From Squalus acanthias (lineage: Eukaryota): a DNA stretch of 64,000 bases. Position numbers and translations under genes: made by a program. Shown piece by piece: positions 38,491 through 50,030 of this stretch (the stretch's first letter is position 1; each line of letters opens with the position of its first letter). The stretch is taken from positions 21,082,001 through 21,146,000 of the forward strand of contig CM059433.1 in the NCBI GenBank assembly GCA_030390025.1. The letters are read 5' to 3'. The notes beneath the pieces are model-generated. The model did not search any database, was not told the origin of the DNA, and was given only the letters and a program-made list of their open reading frames with translations.

Positions 38491-39609
38491 TCGCACTCCG
38501 CGCCTACCATTTTGCTCCGGGCCCACACAAACTTTAGTTTGAATGGCTCTGTCTCTTGGAACCGTGCAGTGCTTGCGTGACCCAGAGACGCAATTAGTTC
38601 GTGCGAGCTCTGGGATCACGTGATTCAGTTAGAGCCAATGGCAGCACACCATCTTTCATTCATAGTTTTGACAGGAAGACCTGTCAAAGCTATGAATACT
38701 ACACACCCCCAAAAGAACAGCTAAACCTCAATGAAATTTAAAAAAAAGCCATCACATTAATAAAATAAGTATAGTTAAATAAATTAACCACTTTAAACAA
38801 AAAATTAATTTTTGAAAAAATTTAAAATCTTTTTAAAAGTTATAAAAATAAACTTACCTTTCTTTAAAGTCTCTAAAAAAGATAAACCTGTTGAAATTTT
38901 TTTTAAATAACACTTAATTAACTACTTACCTTGTTAAAAGGGTATCCTACGCCTGCTTTCTTTATGTGTAAATTCTTCACTACTTACCTGCGCGTTCAAA
39001 GCTGAAAAAATAACTAAGTGCACTGCATGCGCACAGCCTGTAGCGCACACGCGGTTTACTTAGGAACCGCCCCCTTTTGAATTCACGAAGTGCCGGTTTC
39101 CCGCGCATGCGCAGTGCATGCAGGAAACCGGCAATTGGAGACCTAATACACGAGAGTACACAGTGCGTACTCTCGCGTATTAGGTCTAATTTTCGGGCCA
39201 ATGTGAAGATCTTCCTGTTCTGGGTAAGCATTTCCGAAGTGGCCAATCATCTCTTGAGGTGCTGTTTTTGTTGGTTATTTGTGTTACAGCCTGTCTTTTA
39301 AAACTCTTGCCATGCAATCTTCATCTGTACCTTTACAATTATTTCCCACTTTTTAACAGCAGCAGGAATTTCAGGGTTTGATGCCACGATGCCCTTTAGG
39401 CGTAGTGACATTTTTTGTGATGGACATCTGTCTGTATGAACTCACTTATATAAATGGCCTTATTTTGACGATGACCCATGATGGCCTCCTGTTTGAATAA
39501 TTTGAAGAACTGTTCACATCTTTAAATTAAGGTCAGTAGATCACTAGTGTAATACTCTCTGATCAACTGTGGCTTCAGAAATAAAGGCTCACAACCAGTA
39601 GAGATAATT

Positions 39610-39772
39610 GGGGTTAAATTCAGCTTTGGCAGGGGCAGAAAACTGGCGATAGCGAATCGGCTGCTTGTAAAACACTCTGAAGTCGTGGAAAGGAAAATCG
39701 GACGAGGTGTGTACCAGGCAATCGAATCGCTACCAGACGTTTTGCACACCCACTAACGTTGAATTTCACCCC
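39610..39772. mobile_element. Short palindromic MITE
   Basis: TIR ggggttaaattca / tgaatttcacccc; internal inverted similarity. Confidence 0.55.
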
Positions 39773-40126
39773 CGATGTTCTGTCCATATAATGCTTCTTG
39801 CCACAATACGCTCTCAGTGGCTCTCAGAGTATTGAAGGGTTTTCTGCACTCCTTCTGTGCTGTATGCTTCTATGATTCTATGTTATCTGCAGTATATTCC
39901 TATTTTTATGAAGTTGTTTCACTTCTAAAATGTATTTCTCTGGTACATGGGATCATATCTATCTCAGACTGTGTTTAAAGACAGATTCCTGAGTATAAAT
40001 TTCCTACACCAGCCCAATTCCCAATGACCAAAGCATAGAATAACTCTTAATTTGGCTCTAAATAGACAGCCTCACTCAGTGAAGTGACAGTAGGGGGTTG
40101 CACTGAGGTTGGTGTTGGAACACATT

Positions 40127-40890
40127 GGCCCAGAAATTAAACATGGATGGTTCCCGCGGGGGTAAGGATTCCCCGCGATATCGCACTCCGCGCCTACCTT
40201 TTTGCTCCGGGCCCACACGAACTTTAGTTTCAAACGCTCTCTCTGTTGGAACCGTGCAGTGCTTGCATGACCCAGAGGCGCAATTAGTTCGTGCGAGCTC
40301 TGGGATCACGTGATTTAGTTAGAGCCAATGGCAGCACACCATCTTTCATTCATAGTTTTGACGGCAAGAGCTGTCAAAGCTATGAATACTACACACCCCC
40401 AAAAGAACAGCTAAACCTCAATTAAATTAAAAAAAAGGCCATCACATTAATAAAATAAGTATAGTTAAATAAATTAACCACTTTAAACAAAAAATTAAAT
40501 TTTTGAAAAAATTTAAAATCTTTTTAAAAGTTATAAAAATAAACTGACCTTTCTTTAAAGTCTCTAAAAAAGATAAACCTGTTGAAAAAAATTTAAAATA
40601 ACACTTAATTAACTACTTACCTTGTTAAAAGAGGGTCCTACGCCTGCTTTCTTTGTGTGTAAAATCTTCACCACTTACCTGCGCGTTCAAAGCTGGAAAA
40701 AGAACTAAGTGCACTGCGTGCGCGCAGCATGTAGTGCGCACGCGGTTCACTTAGGAACCGCCCCCTTTTCAATTCACGAAGTGCCGGTTTCCCGCGCATG
40801 CGCAGTGCATGCAGGAAACCGGCAATTCGGGATCTAATACGCGAGAGTACACAGTGCGTACTCTCGCGTATTAGATTTAATTTTCGGGCC
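40127..40890. mobile_element. MITE family A, copy 3 (intact, 764 bp)
   Basis: TIR ggcccagaaattaa / ttaattttcgggcc; TSD ATT (40124-40126, 40891-40893). Confidence 0.95.
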
Positions 40891-40947
40891 ATTGTTGGGG
40901 CAGAGTAGAGAGAGTTTTACTCTCCACCTAACCATTATATATCTGAC

Positions 40948-43032
40948 CATTATTAAAGCCATTACTCTCTCTCACCCTGGTCGTTCCCCCTGGTACAGCC
41001 CTCATCTCCACTCCCTTAAGTCAAAGGGATGCAGACTTGAACGGATATGGCAGACAACTGGTTTAGCTATTCATCGCCAGATCTGGCTGGACCACATAAA
41101 GCACTCTCGGGTCCTGCTCTCCTCTGCCAAAACTGCTCACTATTCCAGGATCATTCTGAAATGCAATGATTTTTTTCTTTACTGCAAACCATCTTCTTAA
41201 ACCCCTCTCCCCTGCCTCATCCACCCTCACCACCAATAACAAGTGAGAGGAGCTCACGGACTTCTTTGTCACTAAGATTCAGATCATCTGTTCGGCTGCG
41301 TCTGCCGCTTCCCTCCCTTCCCCTAGCCCACCAGGTCAAACTTCCTCTAAGTTCCCCCCTGCCCTAGGTCTGAACTTGCATCTTTCTCTAGTTTGTCTCC
41401 TATCTCCTCTCACGCTCTCTCTGAGATCCACCTCCTGTTCCCTCGACCCTATTCCCACTAAACTGCTGACCACCCAACTTCCCTTCCTGGCCCCTATGTT
41501 AGCTCATAGTGTTAACAGTTCTCTCTCCTCAGGTACTGTCCCCCCATTCCCTCAAATCTGCCATCATCACCCCTCTCCTCGAAACACACACCTTGACTCC
41601 TCTGTCCTTGCAAACTACCACCCCATCTCCAACCTCCCTTTCCTCTCCAAAGTCCTTGAACGTGTTGTCACTGCCCAAATCCGTGCCCATCTTTCCCGCA
41701 ACTCCATGTTTGAAGCCCTCCAATCAGGTTTCTGCCCCTGCCACTGTGCTGAAACGGCTCTTATCAAAATCACAAATGACATCCTTTGTGACTGCGACAG
41801 TGGTAAACTACCCCTCCTCGTCCTTCTCGACCTGTCTGCAGCCTTTGACACGGTTGACCACAACATCCTCCTCCAACATCTCTCCACCACCGTCCAGCTG
41901 GGTGGGACTGCATTTGCCTGGTTCCATTTCTATCTATCCAGTCGTAGCCAGGGAATCACCTGCACTAGATCTCTGCCTGCTCCCGCACCATTACCTCTGG
42001 TGTCCCCCAAGGATCTATCCTTGGCCACCTCCTATTTCTAATCTACATGCTGCCCCTCAATGACATCATCTGAAAACATAACATCAAGTTCCACATGTAT
42101 ACTGACAACACCCAGTTCTACCTCACCACCACCTCTCTCGATCCCTCCACTGTCTTTGATTTGTCACACTGCTTGTCCGATATCCAGTGCTGGATGAGCA
42201 GAAATTTCTTCCAACTAAATATTGGGAAGACCAAAGCCATTGTCTTCAGTTCTCGCTGCAAACTCCGTTCCCTAGCCACCGACGCCACCCCTCTCCCTGG
42301 CAACTGTCTGAGGCTGAGCCAGTCCGTTCACAACCTTGGCGCCATATTTAACCCCGAGATGAGTTTCTGACCATTCCATCACGAAGACCGCCTACTTCCA
42401 CCTCCGTAACATCGCCAACTCTGCCCCTGCATCAGCTCATCTGCTGCTGAAACCCTCACCCTTGCCTTCGTTACCTCTAGACTTGACAATTCCAACGCAC
42501 TCTTGGCCGGCCTCCCATCTTCCACTCTATATAAAATTGAGCTCATCCAAAACTCTGCTGCCCGAAACCTAACTTGCACCAAATCCCATTCAGCCATCAC
42601 CCCTGTGCTCGCTGACCTACATCAGCTCCCGATCCAGCAACGCCTCAATTTTAAAATTCTCATCCTTGTTTTCCCTTCATGGCCTCTCCCCTCCCTATCT
42701 CTGTAACCTCTTCCAGCCCCACAACCATACAAGATCTCTGCACTCCTCTAATTCTGGCCTCTTGCACATCCCTAATTTTAATCACTTCTCCATTGATGGC
42801 TGTGCCTTCAGCTGCCTCGGCCGTCAGCTCTGGAATCCCCTCCCTAAATCTCTCCACCTCGCTACCTCTCTCTCCTCCTTTAAGCCGCTCCTTAAAACCT
42901 ACCTCTTTGACCAAACTTTTGGTCACCTGTCCTAATATCTCTATGTGGCTCAGTGACTAATTTTTGTCTTATAATACTCCTGTGAAGTGCCTTGGGATGT
43001 TTTACAATGTTAAAGGTGCGATATAAATGTAG
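40948..43032 (+). mobile_element. L2-clade LINE, 5'-truncated and degraded
   Basis: LDPIPT, NYHPISNLPFLSKVLE, LLDLSAAFDTVDH, YTDNTQFY, IQNSAAR, FK..LKTYLF motifs; tail similar to the Deu-SINE tail. Confidence 0.93.
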
Positions 43033-43899
43033 TTTTGGAGTTATTATTCTGTTATTTTATGACCCAGATCTCTCTCCCATGCTGTTTTTAGACTTTCTGT
43101 GGAAGTGACCACAGTGGACAGATGTGTTGTTCGGGTATCGGTGGGGTTAAGAATGAAGAGCTTTACAGGAGCATTAGTGGCTCCTCGAAGAAGCGTTTGA
43201 TATACAGGTTCCTGAATATGTCCTGCTGAGTGAGGTGGAATTTTTCCAGTAATTGCCGAAACATCAAAATCTAGTGAAGAAAGTGGCTGAACACAGTGAT
43301 GCCCATCTCATGCCAGACTTTAAGTCCATTAGTGACTAGTATACCTGGGAGTTCTTTGTTGCTATACTAATTGGGAAAGGGACTGGAGGACCCAGTGGGA
43401 TCTTCAATCCTTCACCGGTATCTTTATTAGTCAATAGCATTAGTGCAACTATGGAATGTTCCTTTACTTGCTCTGGCTCCCTGACAAAGTGTATGAAGGG
43501 AGAGGGAGGGAGGGTAGGACATGATGTTTAGCCTCCATACCAGCTGTCGGTTCTGCCGTGAGACTGTATTCTAAGCGATAATATCTTTCAGCTGGGTTAC
43601 CCAGTAATATAATTTTAAGGGTTGAGAATCCTAGGCCTCCTTTGAGCCAAGGGACTTGTTGGCTCCTTGGGTGTACTCGTAGCTATTGCCTGCTCAGTGG
43701 AACCCTGCTATATGCCTATCAAGATCAGAGAACTGTTCGGTCAGGACCACAATAGTTAGCCTCTGGAATAGGTGACCCAAGGCAGCACATTCTTCTTTTT
43801 TGTATTTGCTCATCTGGGAAGTCATATTTATGTCTAGATTGGTATATAAATTTGCTATGAACAGGGTCAAAAGTGTAGGGGTCATAGTTATACCCAGAT

Positions 43900-44362
43900 A
43901 GGAACATTGGAATAGGAGTCGGCCATTCAGCCCCTTGAACCTGCTCCGCCATTCAATTAGATCATAGCTGATCTGCCACTCAACTCCATTTACCCCCTTC
44001 ACATCCCTTTATACCCTTACCTAACAAAAATCTGTCGATTTCAGTCTTGAAAGCTGCAATTATCACAGGATCCACAGTCTTTTGGGGGAGGGAATTCTAG
44101 GTTTCTACTACCCATTATGTAAAAAATGTACATCCTGATTTCACTCCTAAATGGCCTAGCTCTAATTTTAAGATCATAATCTCCTCATTCTTGATTCCCC
44201 ATCAGAGGAAATAGTTTTTCTCCAGCTACCCTATTGAATCCTTTTAACATTTTAAACATCTCGATCAGATTACCCTCAATCTTCTATACTCAAGAGCATA
44301 CAAGTCTAATCTATGCAACCTGTACTCATAATTTAACCTTCTAAGCCCTGGTATCATTCTGT
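43900..44362 (-). mobile_element. CR1 LINE 3' fragment
   Basis: Conserved 3' UTR (ggccattcagcccc...gccattcaa...gctgatct) and degraded ORF2 end. Confidence 0.85.
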
Positions 44363-44757
44363 TGCTCAGTTATCTGAACCCTGCGTCTAACCGTACAAAG
44401 TTTCCCATGTTTTGTGTGAGAATTCCTTGTGTGGAAGACAGAGCCTTTCTTTTGGTGTAATTACATGTGTAATCTGAAAATTGGAAAAGTCTTGATGACT
44501 TGGATAAAAATAGACAGCATAGTAGAGGGGCTGGTTATGTACAGCTAAATGCCATTAGTGCACTGCAATATATTGTGATGCATTCTATGGATGTCTGAAT
44601 TTGTCCTCATGGTTGTTGCCAATGGTTCTATGGCCAGAGCAAAAAGCAGGGTAGGAATTGTCCATACCTGGCTTCTTGTTGTCTTGTTGGAGGGGAATGC
44701 AAGGTAGGTATGGCCGCTAGTATATCCTGTGGCAGTGCGGTGTGAATAGAGGCCATT

Positions 44758-44902
44758 GGGTTAGACCTTTACTTTGTGAGAGTATAAAACGAGCAGCCCG
44801 TTTTACATCTCTCCCAAAGTCAATGGAAATGAAACTCAGGAGAGATGTAAAACGAGTTGCCGATCACTATCACCTCTTTTACGCTAGTCAAAATTACCCC
44901 CC
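44758..44902. mobile_element. Short palindromic MITE, family F
   Basis: Internal inverted repeat ttttacatctctcc / ggagagatgtaaaa; end caaaattacccc; ATT flanks; similar to 52833 and 58709. Confidence 0.6.
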
Positions 44903-45204
44903 ATTGTCGCAAGCAGGGGAGAAGGAAGTCCCACTTCACCTGATGCCTTCTCTGCATCAAGGAGAGTACCAAGGCAAGGATTCTGGTGCTTTTGCAGTGA
45001 TGGACCATATTGTCCTCTGAATGGCACCCCCAGATGAAGCCTGTTTGGTCTGAGTGCATTAGTTTGGGTCCTATTGTATCCAGGCTGGTAGCCAGAATTG
45101 TATTAGTATTTTGTAGTCATTATTGAGCAGCAACTATAGGATGCATTCAAGGTGGGACCTTTGTCAGCATGATTATTGCTAGCGTGAGTGTGCCTGGAAG
45201 GACA

Positions 45205-45342
45205 CTAGAGGAATCAAGGGATATGGAGATCGGGTGGGAAAGTGGAGTTGAGGTCGATGATCAGCCATGATCTTATTGAATGGCGGAGCAGGCTCGAGGG
45301 GCCGTATGGCCTACTCCTGCTCTGTTTTCTTATGTTCTTATG
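45205..45342 (+). mobile_element. CR1 LINE 3' tail
   Basis: gatcagccatgatcttattgaatggcggagcaggctcgagggg and (tcttatgt)n tail. Confidence 0.85.
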
Positions 45343-45479
45343 TATGTAATGGGAAAGTTTCAGCAGCATTGGTATTAGTTTGAGGAGCAGGATTTGGTGG
45401 AATTCTGCGAGGAACCAATCAGATTACCGTGCTTTGCCAGATTGCAGCCCATTTATTTATTTAATGAACTTGGAGATTT

Positions 45480-45660
45480 TTTTAAATTCATTCTTGGGAT
45501 GTGGGCGTCACTGGCAAGGCTGGCATTCATTGCCCATCCCGAGTTACCCGTGAGAAACTGATGGTGGATCTGCTTCTTGAACCACCGAAGTCCATGTGGT
45601 GAAGGTGCTCCCACAATGCTGTTTAGTAATGAGTTCCGGGACAATGAAGGAATGCTGATA
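45480..45660 (-). mobile_element. LINE 3' end fragment split by the Tigger element (continues ~49251-49290)
   Basis: Shares its tail with the SINE at 5295-5590; sequence resumes after the Tigger TSD. Confidence 0.65.
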
Positions 45661-45686
45661 TACAGGTTGAGCGTCCAAAATCCGGA

Positions 45687-45895
45687 GTTCCGGAATCCGG
45701 ACTCCGGGACGATTGGTGGCAGGGTCGTCCAGAATCCGTAAAACGTTCTGGAATCCGGACTCTGTGACGATTGGTGGCAGGGTCGTCCGGAATCCGTAAA
45801 ATGTTCCGGAATCTGGACTCCGTGACGATTGGTGGCAGGGTCGTCCGGAATCCGTAAAATGCTCCGGAATCCGTAAAATGCTCCGGAATCCGGAC
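45687..45895. repeat. 58-bp subterminal tandem repeat (x3 plus partials)
   Basis: gacgattggtggcagggtcgtc recurs at 45708, 45766, 45824; many tccgga palindromes. Confidence 0.9.
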
Positions 45896-46057
45896 ACCCT
45901 GTCAAACCGTTTCCGCTGCCAGCCAGGCCCAGTGAAAAGTCAAAAAATGAAATCCAACTACTGTACAGTGACAAAAATTACAAGAATAAAAACGCCAATC
46001 CTACTGGATCCAGGCCAGGTCTTCACAGTCGCCGCACCGCTGCTCCTGGATCCGCAG

Positions 46058-46243
46058 CAACTCTGCACAGCACACAAGTCCCTTCGGCCAGAATCAACTC
46101 TGCACAGCACACAAGTCCCTTCGGCCAGAATCAACTCTGCACAGCACACAAGTCCCTTCGGCCAGAATCAACTCTGCACAGCACACAAGTCCCCGGCCAG
46201 AATCAACTCTGTACAGCACACAAGTCCCTTTGGCCAGACTCAA
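46058..46243. repeat. 37-bp tandem repeat (~5 units)
   Basis: caactctgcacagcacacaagtcccttcggccagaat; ctctg recurs at 46061, 46098, 46135, 46172, 46207. Confidence 0.92.
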
Positions 46244-46401
46244 CCCCAGGTGACCCACCTACACCCCATGCTGAGATCCCAGGTGACCCACCTACACCCC
46301 ATGATCAGACCCCACCCAACCTGACTCCATTGCTGTGGTGTTTTTCCCGATTTAAAGATCTGCACAGGTAAAGATTGTGAATTTGTGTTGTCATTGCAAA
46401 C

Positions 46402-48802
46402 ATGTCAAAAAGGCCAACAGATACCCCAATGGGTTCAGATAAAGGAAAGAGGAAGCATAGTTCACTTTCAATTGCCAAGAAGGTTGAGTTACTTCAGAGA
46501 CTAGATAGAGGTGCTTCAGTGAGAAGATTGAGTGAGGAGTATGGTGTTGGACTCTCCACCATCTATGATATTAGAAAACAGAAAGAACAGCTCATGAAGT
46601 TTTATGCGGAAAGTGATGTTCGTAAGGAAATGAGTGAGAGAAAAAGTATGCATAAGCCGAAATGTGATGATTTGGATCGAGCAGTGATGGAATGGTGGCG
46701 ACAGAGGCGAAGTGAAAAGGTTTCTTTGTCTGGCCCAATGGTGGTGCAACAAGCTAAAATATTCTATGCACAACTGGGGATTGAAACTCCATGCGAGTAC
46801 TCTTCTGGTTGGCTAGCCAAATTTAAAAGGCGTCATGGCATCAGGCAACTGAAAGTATGTGGTGAGAAAGCCTCAGCAGATCATGAGGCAGCTGAAAATT
46901 ATATTGATGAGTTCATCAAACTAATTGCTGATGAAAACCTTTCACCTGAGCAAATGTACAATGCTGACGAGACAGCACTGTTTTGGCGCTACGTACCGCG
47001 AAAGACATTAGCAGCAGCAGAAGAAACGCAGCCAGCAGGTATTAAAGACGCCAAGGGTGCTTGCTGCTGCAAATGCGGCTGGGACACATAAGTGTAAGCT
47101 TATGGTCATTGGGAGAAGCCAGCATCCAAGAGGTTTCAAGGGTTTGAGAGTATTGCCAGTGCATTATTATGCCAATAGGAAAGCATGGGTAACCAGGGTA
47201 ATCTTTCTGAACTGGTTTGAGAAGAATTTTGTCCCTCAGGCACGTGCTCATCACTGATACAGCCAATGGACCAAGGAATTTTGAGATCGATGAAGTGTCT
47301 GTACAAAAACGAGTTTATGAGGTGTTTACTTAATGCTGTGAACATAGGCATGGGAATAAAAGCATTCTCAAAAGCTTTCTCTATCAAGGACGCCAAATGG
47401 ACAGCTGCAGATGCATGGAACTTGATAACTGCAGACACCTTGGTCAATGCTTGGTATAACATCTGGCCATCAACTATGTTTGCTGACGATGATGCTGATG
47501 ATGCTCCTCAGGACTTTCAAGGCTTTCGTGTGTCCAGGGAGAAAGCAATGATTGCTCAACCTTTAGATTATGCAAGAGGGCTGACTTGCAAAGCTGCGCA
47601 GGAATTGAATGAGGACGATGTCGCAGAAGTCATGGACATAGACAATGATGCTCCCATTGTGCATGCAGTGACAGATGAAGAAATCATGCAGAGGGTATTG
47701 CATCCAGAAGAAAAGGATGAAAGCAGTGAGGAGGATGATGATGATGCCTGTGACAAAGCAATCAATCTTTGTCAAGAATTAATTCATGCCTTAGAGCAAC
47801 GAAGCTTCATAAGTGAAGAAGAAATACTGCAGGTCTACAGAATTCGGGAAAGATTAGTGAAAGAAAAGCCCAAATTATTTAAACAAACAACAATATTAAA
47901 TATCTTTCAAAAGATTTTGCAACAGAAGGCCCAAGACCTACAGCATGCAACTACACCAGTAATTTCCACATTTGATAATCCTATTGCTGGCCCATCATCA
48001 GCCCCAGACATCATGGCCCAGAAATTGATCTCGCTCTGTTCCCGCGGGGGTAAGCCTTCCCCGCGATGTCTCACCTCGCTTATGCTTTTTCAGATCCAGC
48101 TCGCACGAACTTGATGTTCCAGACATCAGCTGTGCTGGGCTTGCGTATCCCAGCGGCGTAGTGAATTCGTGCGAGCTGTGGGATCACGTGACTCAGTTAG
48201 AGCCAATGGCAGCACACCATCTTCCATTCATAAGTCTCACAGCATGGCTGTGAGACTTATGAATCTTACACCCCCCCAAAATAACAGCTAAACCTCAATT
48301 AAATTTAAAAAAAACCATCACATTAATAAAATAAGTATAGTTAATTAAATTAACCATTTTAAATAAAAAATTAAATTTTTGAAAAAATTTAAAATCTTTT
48401 AAAAAGTTATAAAAATAGACTTACCTGTCTTTAAAGTCTCTAAAAAAGATATACCTGTAAAAAAAAATTCAAAAAAATACTTAATTCACTACTTACCTTC
48501 TTAAAAGCGGATCTTACTCCTCCTTTTTACATTTCCAAAATCTTCCCTACTTACCTGCGCGTCCAAAGCATGAAGTGCACAGCGTGCGCGCAGCCTGTAG
48601 CGCGCACGCGATGCACCCAGGCCCCGCCCCCTTTTCAGAAGAGCAATTGCTGGTTTTCAGCGCATGCGCAGGGCATGCAGAAAACCGGCAATTGGAGTGG
48701 GAATACGCGAGAGTACGCACTGCGTACTCTCGCGTCCCGGGATCAATTTTCGGCCCCATAGCTGAGCCCTCTACCTCAAGCACAACCTCCAGCCAATTGT
48801 AA
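46402..48802 (+). pseudogene. pogo/Tigger (CENP-B/Jerky-like) transposase, disrupted
   Basis: HTH_psq-like N-terminus, SSGWLAKFKRRHGI, YNADETALFW, IQPMDQG; frameshift ~47057, internal deletion ~47250, MITE insertion at 48015; excision restores ...PDIIAEPSTSSTTSSQL*. Confidence 0.92.
48015..48756. mobile_element. MITE family A, copy 4
   Basis: TIR ggcccagaaattgatc / gatcaattttcggccc; TSD CAT (48012-48014, 48757-48759). Confidence 0.93.
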
Positions 48803-49399
48803 CTGTACCTGTTTATTTTTACTCTGTTTAACAAATAAAAGCCTTCATTTACTGTTTTATATTTCATAACTTAACTGTTTTACAAATAAAAACCTTTATT
48901 ATATTTCATGCTTTGAGTACTGTACATTCCTTTTCAAATTTGAAGATGGTAGCAAAAGATACAGGCCGGGAAGCTCACATTAAGTACAGTTACAGAGTAC
49001 TGCGTTGCAAAAACAAGAGAGGGAGGCTTACCGTGCGTTGCGAAGAAGCGAGGACTACAAGGCCTTCGAGGAGAAGAACGACAAGGTGACGTCCAAAAAC
49101 CGGAAATATCGCAACCTGGTACCCAGGCATTTCCGGACTCGGAACGTGTTTCTGATGTTCGAAGTCCGGAAACGCCTGAGCCCGGAAAAAACACGAAAAC
49201 CAGCTCGGCCTCGGTCCCGAGGTTGCCGGATTCAGGACGCTCAACCTGTATATGTCCAAGTCAGGATGGTGTGTGACTAGTAGGGGAATCGTTGCTTGAA
49301 CCCGTGTGGCCTGGATCGGGAGTCCAGTGACGGGACTTCCTCTGATGAGGCTCGCAAGACCATGTACATACGATTGGCACGACCCACATTCTCAGTTTA

Positions 49400-50030
49400 A
49401 TCGTGTTTATATAATTTTATGCATTTCTCATCAAATCTTTGCAAGGAAATTCGAAAACAGAATTGTTGTCATATTTCAAGAGCATTGGAATTGTTTTGGG
49501 TTTACTGCGGGGATCTTGTATGCTTGTGCTTTTCCTGTCTTTTTAAGCACCATTCTGTTTAAATCCATTGGATGTATCAATAGCAAAATGGATCTTCAAG
49601 AGAAGACTCTTACTGCAGCTTTCTTTTGCGGGACGACTTTAGTTTCAGTCCACTGAGTATTAGTTTTCAAGAAGACCTTTGGGAAAGTTGTTTGAAATCC
49701 CTCTTTACTGTGAAGTAAATCGTCAGTGGAGCAGATTTTAAATGCCCTTTTCACAAGGCTTTTTACGAGAGTTATTATTCATGAAAGTCAAACTGTAGGT
49801 CTTGGTCTGTGTGGGTTGTTCCCTGTTTACTTCTGTCTGATGTCTGCCATAGGCTTTTTGGATAGTTACATTGTATCCAGGGTAGGCAGCTTTCAGCTCT
49901 TCTGTGTGAATTGTATTTTGAAAGACATTTTGTTGCCTTGCTGGAGGAGATCTTCATGCTGATTTCTGTTTTGTTGTTTGCAAGTAATCGCCAGAATTCG
50001 GATAGAATTTAAATATTTTCCTCTGTTCCC
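49400..50030 (-). pseudogene. Ancient Penelope-like RT remnant, different lineage from the young copies
   Basis: Frameshifted remnants IQFT.., CLP.., QTEV.R, THTDQDLQFD, KSLVKRAFKICS resemble the PLE RT end and thumb. Confidence 0.6.

Larger units (their letters stand above)
35411..39199. mobile_element. MITE family A, copy 2, split by a CR1 insertion (parts 35411-35464 and 38491-39199)
   Basis: TIR ggcccagaaatta / taattttcgggcc; TSD AAT (35408-35410, 39200-39202); the two parts rejoin to match 40127-40890. Confidence 0.93.
43100..45450 (-). mobile_element. Old L1/Tx1-type LINE ORF2 remnant, with later insertions
   Basis: Minus-strand remnants LQSGKA (45430-45448), HSDQTGFI (~45040), SLDAEKA (~44950), GGLG..LK.YYW (~43600-43645). 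Confidence 0.7.
45663..49248 (+). mobile_element. Tc1/mariner-pogo (Tigger4/Zombi-like) DNA transposon, TIR to TIR, defective
   Basis: TIR caggttgagcgtcc..aatccgg / ccggatt..ggacgctcaacctg; TA TSD (45661-45662, 49249-49250); contains a transposase. Confidence 0.95.

Noticed and set aside
46058..46243. 37-bp repeats as a CRISPR array
   Set aside because: Units are contiguous with no unique spacers, lie inside a eukaryotic transposon, and no cas genes are present.
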